From an uncultured virus (IMG/VR IMGVR_UViG_3300032226_001346) (Duplodnaviria > Heunggongvirae > Uroviricota > Caudoviricetes): 64,000 bases of DNA. Every line of letters begins with the position of its first letter. The stretch's first letter is position 1. The notes beneath the pieces were generated by a model. The model was not told where the DNA came from, made no database searches, and saw only the letters and a list, made by a program, of their open reading frames with translations. Of the stretch, positions 56,493 through 64,000 are shown piece after piece. The stretch lies in the IMG/VR virus record IMGVR_UViG_3300032226_001346. The stretch is one strand, 5' to 3'. The translations under genes were made by a program, and so were the position numbers.

Positions 56493-58276
56493 TGCTGAAC
56501 AAATACACCAAAAACAAAGATATTTTTAACTTTTGCTTGAAGTACGCTTCTACACAAACAAAATCAAAAGCTCCAACAGAAATATATTTTACATTTTTAA
56601 AATTGGCGGCTGCCGGTGATTTTGAAGAAAAAATGCTCAATCTTACTGAAAGTCGGATTCAAGAAACTTTGGGGTATTGTAGAAATCCTGAGCAATATGA
56701 AAAAAATAAAAAATATCTAAGAAAAGATCTTCAATCTGGATTAGAGGCCATGGCTATATACATTCGTCTCAAAGCGAAAACAGAAAGTATCGCTGATTTT
56801 GCGACTAAATATTTATATGAAAAATTTATTGACAATACTATCGAAAATATTTTGCCTAAATATATTTTTGATAAGTCAAAAAAATTTGAATTAAAAGGCG
56901 CTTTGAATGGTTTGTTGAATTCTGCATACAAAAATACTAAATTATTAGAAACGAGCCGAAGCCAAGAAGCAAAATTAAACAGAGCAACTCAATCAATCCA
57001 AGAGAAGGAAGAGCAATTTGGCGCTCAACTTACAGCTCCCTCAACTGAGGGACAATTAGATGACAAATTTAAAAAATCCACAGAAGACAATATTACTGAA
57101 TTAAAAAATATTTTTTATTCTATAATGAAAGATCCAAAACAGGATGTATTGTCTTATTATATTGAAGAAGGTTTGCTACCAAAATTTAAAGCATTGCAAA
57201 AAAAATATTTTGTAGCTGATACTCCGCAAGAAAAGTCCTCCGCAGAAGAAGATTTAAGAGAATTCTACAATTATGCTCAGGGATTTATTGGCAAAAATTT
57301 TAATGCAAGAATTAAAAATCCAAAAACTGGCAAACCTCATAACCTTTCACAGTTTGAGCTTCAAAATATACTTAATGCAGCTGTAGAAAAACTTAATTTA
57401 GAAGATTTGTCAGAAAGAATTATCAAACAAGAGTTTCATCAATTACCACTAAGACTGAGACGGCTTGTGGATGAACACCCTGAATTTGTAAAAGCGGCGA
57501 TCCAGAGTTTAATCAAAACAAAATTGATTTACAATACAAAAGATGAACTTGACGCGCCGCTAGCTTCAGCTGAAGGCGCTAGTCAAAAAACAACAATTGA
57601 TCCAGAGACAGGCTTGGAAATCAAAGAAAAGAAACAAGGCAGAGGCGGCCTTGGACGAGGACCATTGGATGAAACTAAATTTCTTTTCCATCTATTGACT
57701 AAAAATATCAGATCAATGTCAGTTGATAATCAACAAAAAGAAAATTTTCTAAGACAGGCTTTGAATCTTTTGGAAGGCACTTATTCTACACCTACTGCAG
57801 AAAATCCTGTGGCAAAACCAATTGTTCAAGGAGGCAGAGAAAAAGGATCTACGCTAAGAAAGGGATTATATCAGCACACTACACCCCTGACATATGCTGG
57901 ATTAATGCACAGATATCAAGAACAAATGGGTGAAAATTTTGGCAATGTTAGTCCCGAGCAACATCAGAAAATGGTTGACGAAATATACGATATTGCACAC
58001 AATCGTGAATCCGCGCATTTGCCGCATGCTGCAAAATCAGGAGAATATACTTTTTCTTCAAAAGGGCATAGTGAACTTGGTGATGAGTCTGAAAAGATTA
58101 TTAAAAGCAATCTATCTGGTAGACTAATGTCTTCACAAAAAATACACAAAAAAGAACAAGAGCCACACACATTTATGGAAGGAGATGAACTTGTGAACAC
58201 GTCAGAAGAAGAAAATAATATTAATACAGCTTCTATATTAAACAAATTAATTCAAAAATATGCATTTAAACATTAA
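56492..58276 (+). CDS. hypothetical protein (putative virion protein)
   Basis: 594 aa; LKYAS near the N-terminus and QKYAF at the C-terminus. Confidence 0.5.
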   Translation: MLNKYTKNKDIFNFCLKYASTQTKSKAPTEIYFTFLKLAAAGDFEEKMLNLTESRIQETLGYCRNPEQYEKNKKYLRKDLQSGLEAMAIYIRLKAKTESIADFATKYLYEKFIDNTIENILPKYIFDKSKKFELKGALNGLLNSAYKNTKLLETSRSQEAKLNRATQSIQEKEEQFGAQLTAPSTEGQLDDKFKKSTEDNITELKNIFYSIMKDPKQDVLSYYIEEGLLPKFKALQKKYFVADTPQEKSSAEEDLREFYNYAQGFIGKNFNARIKNPKTGKPHNLSQFELQNILNAAVEKLNLEDLSERIIKQEFHQLPLRLRRLVDEHPEFVKAAIQSLIKTKLIYNTKDELDAPLASAEGASQKTTIDPETGLEIKEKKQGRGGLGRGPLDETKFLFHLLTKNIRSMSVDNQQKENFLRQALNLLEGTYSTPTAENPVAKPIVQGGREKGSTLRKGLYQHTTPLTYAGLMHRYQEQMGENFGNVSPEQHQKMVDEIYDIAHNRESAHLPHAAKSGEYTFSSKGHSELGDESEKIIKSNLSGRLMSSQKIHKKEQEPHTFMEGDELVNTSEEENNINTASILNKLIQKYAFKH

Positions 58277-58631
58277 ATTATTGTGTAATACCGCAGAAAC
58301 ACGAAGTAAAGGCTTGATGTTCAGTGATCCACTAAGCCTTTACGATTGTGCTTTTTTTGTTTTTAATCATCTTGATAGTCATTCTTTTTGGAATAAAAAC
58401 GTAGATTTTCCAATCAGCTTGTGTTTTTTGGACGAAAATTTTAAAATACAAGATATAGGAGAACTCAAGGAGCATCAAGAAACACCTTGTAGGTCAAAAT
58501 ATCCTTTAACAAAATATGTAGTAGAAGGACATATTGATTTACCAAAAGAATTAAATATCAAGATAGGAGATTTCTTTTTTCCTGAAAAAAATAAATTAAA
58601 AATATTAACAAGGGAAGATAAAAATAATTAA
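58260..58631 (+). CDS. DUF192-family protein
   Basis: R.KGLMF...FVF....SFW.KNV.FPI...FLD...YVVE. Confidence 0.75.
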   Translation: MHLNIKLLCNTAETRSKGLMFSDPLSLYDCAFFVFNHLDSHSFWNKNVDFPISLCFLDENFKIQDIGELKEHQETPCRSKYPLTKYVVEGHIDLPKELNIKIGDFFFPEKNKLKILTREDKNN

Positions 58632-58655
58632 GAAATAAAAACTATTGGAGTGATT

Positions 58656-59918
58656 ATGGCAGATAGAGTTTTTCCAAATAATGTTAACGTAGATATGGGT
58701 TCAAAAGTAGAATTCAGTGGTATTAACTGGGATGCAGTACAGGCATCGCTTACAAATAATCGTTTTGCACAAGACAATACAGACAAGGTATTAGAGCTTC
58801 TTGAGCAAGCAGGTTATGGCGATTTGTCTGAAGAGCAGGTTCAGCAAATAGATGATCTGGTTAAATCTGTAACCGAAAACAAGGAAGGCATGGATGACAT
58901 GGAAGATGAGGAAGCTCAGGATGAAATGAAAAGCATGGATCACGAGGAAGATGAGGAAGATGAGGATGATGAGGATGAAATGAAAAGCATGGACGAAATG
59001 AAAGACGATACTTCTGCTATGCATGATATAGCCTCCTGGAAAACTTCAGGCTCAAATAAGATGAGAAAAATTGCTTTTACAAATCCAAGTCAAATTAGCG
59101 CAGAAGCCATTGAATTAGCTATGGCTAACGGAGACACAAAACTTGTGAATACAATTCTTGCTGCCAGAAAAGAAAATAGAAATAGAATTGCTTCCGCAAT
59201 TAAAGAAAAAAGTGAACTTGAGATTCGCAAAGCACAAAGAGCTTCTATTATTAAAAAAGCGCAAGAAGATTCGAGCGAAGATGAAATGACTTGCAAAGAA
59301 TGTGATGAAAAATTTGAAGAGGGCACAGGCGTAGAAGGTGACAAGTATTGCTGCCAAGAGTGCGCAGATAAGGATACAACTACAGCTTTTGTTTCCCCTG
59401 CTAAATTCACACAAGCGCAACGAGAATCGTTTAAGAAAATCGCATTGGCTTCTGGAATGCCAAAAGAATATGTAGAAGCAATGTGCGGCCCCACACCTGT
59501 TTCACCAAAAGTAGAAACTCTTAATCGATCAATTAACGAGGTTTATGCTTCTAATCTTTCTGATTCAGTAAAGACTGCTACCATTAAGACATTGATTAAA
59601 GAAGCCAAGCTTTCTGCTGATTCGAAGAGCGAATTCATCAATTATTGGAATAACGTTCTTGGTTACCAAGATAAATCTTTCTGGCCTGATGTTGCCGCAG
59701 ATTACACCGATGGCACCAAGTCTGCTAGCGCTAAATCAAATATAAAAACTGCTGCAGAACATAGCAAGAAAATTTTTGATTCTGAAAAAGAAGCGATGGA
59801 TTGGTACCGCGAAAATAAAGATGACTGGAAAAACCCCGGCCAATATTTAGGTAAACCACATCATCGAGAAGATGATGACAAATGGGTAATAACAATTACA
59901 AACTACGGAAATGACTAA
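58656..59918 (+). CDS. acidic scaffold/prohead-core-like protein
   Basis: D/E-rich tract, many K/R-x-A sites, CxxC..CCxxC; SigH-like motif at 58611 and GGAG SD. Confidence 0.5.
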   Translation: MADRVFPNNVNVDMGSKVEFSGINWDAVQASLTNNRFAQDNTDKVLELLEQAGYGDLSEEQVQQIDDLVKSVTENKEGMDDMEDEEAQDEMKSMDHEEDEEDEDDEDEMKSMDEMKDDTSAMHDIASWKTSGSNKMRKIAFTNPSQISAEAIELAMANGDTKLVNTILAARKENRNRIASAIKEKSELEIRKAQRASIIKKAQEDSSEDEMTCKECDEKFEEGTGVEGDKYCCQECADKDTTTAFVSPAKFTQAQRESFKKIALASGMPKEYVEAMCGPTPVSPKVETLNRSINEVYASNLSDSVKTATIKTLIKEAKLSADSKSEFINYWNNVLGYQDKSFWPDVAADYTDGTKSASAKSNIKTAAEHSKKIFDSEKEAMDWYRENKDDWKNPGQYLGKPHHREDDDKWVITITNYGND

Positions 59919-59943
59919 GCTATAAAACGGGAATATATAAACA

Positions 59944-60783
59944 ATGAGCATTTTTAGAAAAGCATCAGAATCAGAAGCAGTACAGCCACTACCAAATGTG
60001 GTGGCCAATGCTTTCTTTGATACAGCTTCTGTGAGTTTCGAAGATGAATTTGCTGGCCTATTAAAAGAAGCTTCATCTGATCGTTCTATTTACGAAAACA
60101 GATTAAAAGAATTCAATAAAGTGGCCTCAAAATCACATGAATTCGAAGCGCCACAGCCAGCAAAATATAACAATGATAAATATTCAGATATGCCTGGTGG
60201 AATTCGCCGAGCAGGATATGGTCAAAGATTTCAAGACGAACAATCAGAATTATTTTCTTCTGATCGGGTGAGAAATCCACAATTTGATAACAATAAATAT
60301 GCAGAATCTATGCTTAATAATGGTTTATCAATTTGGGACGCAGAGTTTGATGATCTTCAAAATGCTTTTGAGCAATCTCAAAAAATGCACGATTCCGCGT
60401 TTGATAGAAAAACGGCTGCTGAGAAAAAAGCTTCTGCGCACAAAAACTGGGAATCTTCTCAAATTGGAAAGATCAGAGAAGCAAAAGTGTTACCTTATAG
60501 AGGCTTGGGCGTGAGTAGATTGGCTAATGAACAGCCAGTTCGACATGGTGATTTTGGTTCCGTAAATGATTTTTATGCAGATGCTCAAGATTCTATCCGA
60601 GAAATGTCGCGAGAAGCAAGTAAAAATAGAAAAGCTAAAATTTCTAGAAAAGGTGTAGACCCAGCAGAAGCTAGATCACAGTGGGAAAATAAAGAATCTA
60701 TTGCGGCTAGAACCATGAAATCTCTTGAGCAATCTTCTTTATTGGCGAGATTTGCTGAGGGAATTTCATTAGATGATAAATAA
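59944..60783 (+). CDS. putative head-associated protein
   Basis: MSIFRKAS N-terminus, repeated K/R-x-A motifs. Confidence 0.5.
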   Translation: MSIFRKASESEAVQPLPNVVANAFFDTASVSFEDEFAGLLKEASSDRSIYENRLKEFNKVASKSHEFEAPQPAKYNNDKYSDMPGGIRRAGYGQRFQDEQSELFSSDRVRNPQFDNNKYAESMLNNGLSIWDAEFDDLQNAFEQSQKMHDSAFDRKTAAEKKASAHKNWESSQIGKIREAKVLPYRGLGVSRLANEQPVRHGDFGSVNDFYADAQDSIREMSREASKNRKAKISRKGVDPAEARSQWENKESIAARTMKSLEQSSLLARFAEGISLDDK

Positions 60784-61588
60784 ATTCGCACAAACTGGTG
60801 TGCCTATTGAAGAAGTGATTAAAATTTTAACACAATGCAAGTCAGTTCCAGATCATCATAAGAAAAGACATCTTGAAAATCTGGCTAGCAGGCTGAGCTC
60901 TCCAGCTATTAGTATCAAAATGCTTGAAATTATTCAAGCCACGGATACCCCCAACTCTTTATCTAATGGGCTTCATATCAAAAATCCTCAATTTGATGAT
61001 CCAAACATCAAATCGGAGGAAAATTTTAATGTAAACACTAATGAATTAATACAGAGTCTTATTGACGAATTGAGGAGTGGTCAGCGCATGAGCGAAATAA
61101 ACTTTAATCTACAGAAATTTTGCCAAAAAAAACCAGATGATAAGAAAAAATCAAGAGGTAATCCATTTAGAGTATTAATGGGTAAAGTGGGTAAACTTCT
61201 TGATCATGGATTAGAGCGCAGAGATATTGTGCGATATTTACTCAAAGAAAAAATTTGGAACGAAGAAACAATTGAAAAATCAATTAAAATTGTAAAAGAG
61301 TACAATAAGAAAAAACATGGCAAAAAAAATAAAAAAGAAGCCCAAACTTTATTATCTAATGCCCCAGAATGGCCAAAGATTGGTAAAATAGATTATTCTA
61401 AGAGATCAACACCAGAATTAATTACTTCTATTTTGTGGCTGAATTCTCTTACAAAAGTTAACCCAGTTCGAGCCGATGTTAAAGAGGTGGAAGATCGCTC
61501 TGGAGTTAAAACAATGATTAGAAATATTCGTTCTGAATTAATTAAAAGAGGAATGTCCGAAGCGTCTTTAAATTCGCTTTTAAAATAA
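60773..61588 (+). CDS. putative head-associated protein
   Basis: MINKFAQ N-terminus; RGNPFRVLMGKVGKLLDHG block. Confidence 0.5.
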   Translation: MINKFAQTGVPIEEVIKILTQCKSVPDHHKKRHLENLASRLSSPAISIKMLEIIQATDTPNSLSNGLHIKNPQFDDPNIKSEENFNVNTNELIQSLIDELRSGQRMSEINFNLQKFCQKKPDDKKKSRGNPFRVLMGKVGKLLDHGLERRDIVRYLLKEKIWNEETIEKSIKIVKEYNKKKHGKKNKKEAQTLLSNAPEWPKIGKIDYSKRSTPELITSILWLNSLTKVNPVRADVKEVEDRSGVKTMIRNIRSELIKRGMSEASLNSLLK

Positions 61589-61592
61589 AATT

Positions 61593-62645
61593 ATGAAAAA
61601 ACTTACTGGATCAGATGTAATAACGATTATCAAAGCTTCAAAAGATCAAAACGTTTTAAATGACGCCAAAGAGCTTTCATTAAATGATTTTAATCAAGAT
61701 GATATAATTGTTAAAACTTTTTTTGCTTCATTTCCAGAGGGTTTTAAATCAAATAAATATGCATCATCAAATATTGATGTTTTAGCGACAGAGTTAGCAT
61801 CCTTTAAAAACGAGATTGTCAATTACGGCTTGAGAAAAGCACACAATCTCATTCAGAATGCGCGGGCGGCGGAGAATGAAGCGGTTAAACTAGAAAATTC
61901 TACTATAGAAGCACAAACTATGAGTAGTTTTGATAGTCAGCTCAAAGCCGCCAAAATGATTAATTTTCTTTCTAAATATATCGATGGGATTGACAAGAAA
62001 AAAGCTCTAGCTGAAGCTTATAGTTTAATAATGAAAAAGGATCTAGATAATGCTTCAGATACTATAAGAGAAGTTTTTTCTGGAGTTAAAAGAAATACAA
62101 GAACCGCATTTGTTACGATTAAAAACCAAGATGGTGAAGCTTACCAATTGTGTCCCAAGGGGATTTATATTTGGGGCAGTCCTCGCCCTATGGCAATTTC
62201 CAATTGTAGAGAATACTGTATCGACGCAAAACTACACCCTGATGGAACAGTTTCTTGTAATTATCTGAAATGGCTTAATGATACAATGATTACACACAAA
62301 CAAGCTTTAAATATTGGCGACCACATGGATTACAATGACGGAAAAACTGAAATTGAATATATGGAGTTGCCAAAGGGCGTAAGAACAAAGTTTCCAATGT
62401 CCGATCAAGATCCGCAAGATTCAAAAATCGACAGAAGTGTGAAATCCAACACCGAAGAATCTTGGGAATCTCAGCTCGAAAAGGAGCACAAAAAATTCAA
62501 TTTAGACAATAAACAAAATCAAAAGAAAACCCAAATCATCAGTGATGCGGCTATTGAATTATTACTAAATGATGTGAGAGAAGCTTTTGACGAAAAAGAC
62601 CTGGATGCATTGGAAGCCGAAATCCGAAAATCCATGGGGGAATAA
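61593..62645 (+). CDS. putative head-associated protein with Cys cluster
   Basis: LCPK...CREYCID...SCNY. Confidence 0.5.
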   Translation: MKKLTGSDVITIIKASKDQNVLNDAKELSLNDFNQDDIIVKTFFASFPEGFKSNKYASSNIDVLATELASFKNEIVNYGLRKAHNLIQNARAAENEAVKLENSTIEAQTMSSFDSQLKAAKMINFLSKYIDGIDKKKALAEAYSLIMKKDLDNASDTIREVFSGVKRNTRTAFVTIKNQDGEAYQLCPKGIYIWGSPRPMAISNCREYCIDAKLHPDGTVSCNYLKWLNDTMITHKQALNIGDHMDYNDGKTEIEYMELPKGVRTKFPMSDQDPQDSKIDRSVKSNTEESWESQLEKEHKKFNLDNKQNQKKTQIISDAAIELLLNDVREAFDEKDLDALEAEIRKSMGE

Positions 62646-62649
62646 AAGC

Positions 62650-62958
62650 ATGTCTTGGTACAAATTAGCCAAAGACTATGTTGAGTCTATAGAGAAATCT
62701 AACCCCAAGATAACACCTACAATTTTGCCCGGTTTAAATCCACAAGAAGAAAAACCAGAACAAGAAACTCTTGAACAGCAATTAAGCAATCTGAAAAAAC
62801 CTTTTGTTTTTCCTGTTAATCAGTTTCTAAATTCTACACCTGACACAATGAAGGCGGGTGGGCAAGGAGCATTATATAATGCTAAAGTGCATCATGATGT
62901 GAATATGCCACCAGGCGGAGATAACTATACAAAAACCACAAGGTGGAACGAAAACTAG
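62650..62958 (+). CDS. small protein with MSWYKLA tag
   Basis: ATG at 62650, just after the upstream stop. Confidence 0.55.
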   Translation: MSWYKLAKDYVESIEKSNPKITPTILPGLNPQEEKPEQETLEQQLSNLKKPFVFPVNQFLNSTPDTMKAGGQGALYNAKVHHDVNMPPGGDNYTKTTRWNEN

Positions 62959-63014
62959 GGACACTAAGCCTCAAAAAAATAAAATACTTGTAAAAATAAA
63001 ATAAGGAGTAAATT

Positions 63015-64000
63015 TTGGCTGAATTAAATAATATTCCATCTCTTGCGTCATTTATGACGAATGCAGCGAGAGAAGTGGTAAACAAAACGAATAACAACAA
63101 TCGACTAGGGGCAGATCAGAATAATAGAAGAAACTGGGCACAAATAAGAACTGCGAGAATGGATCGCTCCGTATCACCCAATGCAACGAGAATATCTCAA
63201 ATGTATGGTGGCGGAAACATCAACAATACTAGCACACAACCAAATTTTTATTCACCATTTCTTACTCCATCATCTTTTCAAATCCCAAATACAAGAAAGG
63301 AAGTATATTTATGGGCGAACTGGTGGAGAACTAATGATCCCAAAGTTGCAGCTGGTATTAATTTTTATCGAAATTTTCCGTTTAACGGATGGAAGCTTGA
63401 CTGCAAATCTGCAGTAGTCAAAGACTATTTTGAAAAACTTATACAAAAGCTGAATTTTCAAAAATGGTTACCGGAAATTTCAAGCTCTTATCACACTTAT
63501 GGAGACGCTTTTGTATTTGCATCTATTGATTGTCCTATTTGTAGAGGCACTATGGTTGATCCTAATTCTGGAGACGAATGTGGACATAAAGGTGCAACAT
63601 GGAAATCAATATCACTTCTTAATCCGGATTCTGTTGAGGTGAGCGCTGGATTTATGGATGCAGAGCCTATGTATTCTTATTTACCTTCTGCACAACAAAT
63701 TAAAGTGGTAATGGAAAGACAGCCAAAGAAGCTGTATGATGCAATTCCTGATGATGTGAAAATCATGATTGCAAAACAGATCCCGATTCCTCTCAACCCA
63801 TCTTGTGTTCATCATTTTAAACATGCTGCAGATGCATGGGCGGATTATGGAACATCAATCGTGAGGCCGTTGTTTGTTACATTGGCTTACAAAGATAAGC
63901 TACGCCAAGCTCAATGGCTAATTGCTGAAAGATTGATTATTCCTATTAAAATTGTTACAGTGGGAGATGACAATCGCCCAGCTTCACAAGAAGATTTGGA
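63015..64000 (+). CDS. portal protein (partial; runs off the window)
   Basis: Hand-translated from TTG after AAGGAG: DPKVAAGINFY..FP, YGDAF, ISLLNPDSVEV, VHHFKH....YGTSI, IPIKIV; downstream of terL. Confidence 0.75.
   Translation, partial: MAELNNIPSLASFMTNAAREVVNKTNNNNRLGADQNNRRNWAQIRTARMDRSVSPNATRISQMYGGGNINNTSTQPNFYSPFLTPSSFQIPNTRKEVYLWANWWRTNDPKVAAGINFYRNFPFNGWKLDCKSAVVKDYFEKLIQKLNFQKWLPEISSSYHTYGDAFVFASIDCPICRGTMVDPNSGDECGHKGATWKSISLLNPDSVEVSAGFMDAEPMYSYLPSAQQIKVVMERQPKKLYDAIPDDVKIMIAKQIPIPLNPSCVHHFKHAADAWADYGTSIVRPLFVTLAYKDKLRQAQWLIAERLIIPIKIVTVGDDNRPASQEDL

Noticed and set aside
56780..57010. Sigma region-2-like segment (FDKSKKFEL...LLNSAYKN) in the 594-aa protein
   Set aside because: Resemblance is too weak to support without a profile search.
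58880..59010. Repeated GATGAAATGAAAAGCATGGA and GAGGAT runs
   Set aside because: Explained by a low-complexity acidic protein tract.
64..63417. Many 60-130 aa ORFs antisense to or nested in long genes
   Set aside because: Shadow ORFs with no motifs or initiation signals; for example, 63181-63417 is out of frame within the portal gene.
1..64000. CRISPR array, tRNA or rRNA genes
   Set aside because: No regularly spaced repeats or cloverleaf motifs seen; intergenic spaces are short. Checked by eye only.
1..64000. Alternative genetic code (stop codon reassignment)
   Set aside because: Conserved genes are full length under the standard code, and TAA, TGA and TAG all end genes at sensible positions.

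Overview
AT-rich 64-kb segment of a large tailed bacteriophage genome (standard genetic code; no rRNA, tRNA or CRISPR array seen). About 1-23 kb is a mixed-strand accessory region: glycosyltransferases, Hsp20, CCA-adding enzyme, superoxide dismutase, GMP reductase/IMPDH, RusA-like and PD-(D/E)XK nucleases, and a ribosomal protein bS21 gene missed by the ORF track. It also holds a 1421-bp tnpB-only IS200/IS605 element inserted in a homing-endonuclease-like gene. About 23-51 kb is a + strand replication/transcription block: split SbcC plus SbcD, AAA ATPase, loader, DnaB, split primase, DnaE, SSB, RecA, RecJ, NrdAB, DnaX, beta clamp, SpoVS and three sigma-like factors including a clear SigH. About 51-64 kb is head morphogenesis: terminase subunits, acidic head-region proteins and a portal gene running off the end. 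Two linked patterns stand out. (i) A SigH-type motif, AGGN-N17/18-(G/T)WAW, lies 33-35 nt before at least 11 phage start codons and before the IS tnpB, implying a leaderless late regulon. (ii) Unrelated proteins in that regulon share short terminal tags (M-W-Y-K-F-A-like and an 'LD..G.YK.AD' helix) ending in K/R-x-A/S, which suggests a capsid-targeting and protease-processing system that would package cargo such as the CCA-adding enzyme. All protein calls come from motif recognition by eye; no database searches were run.
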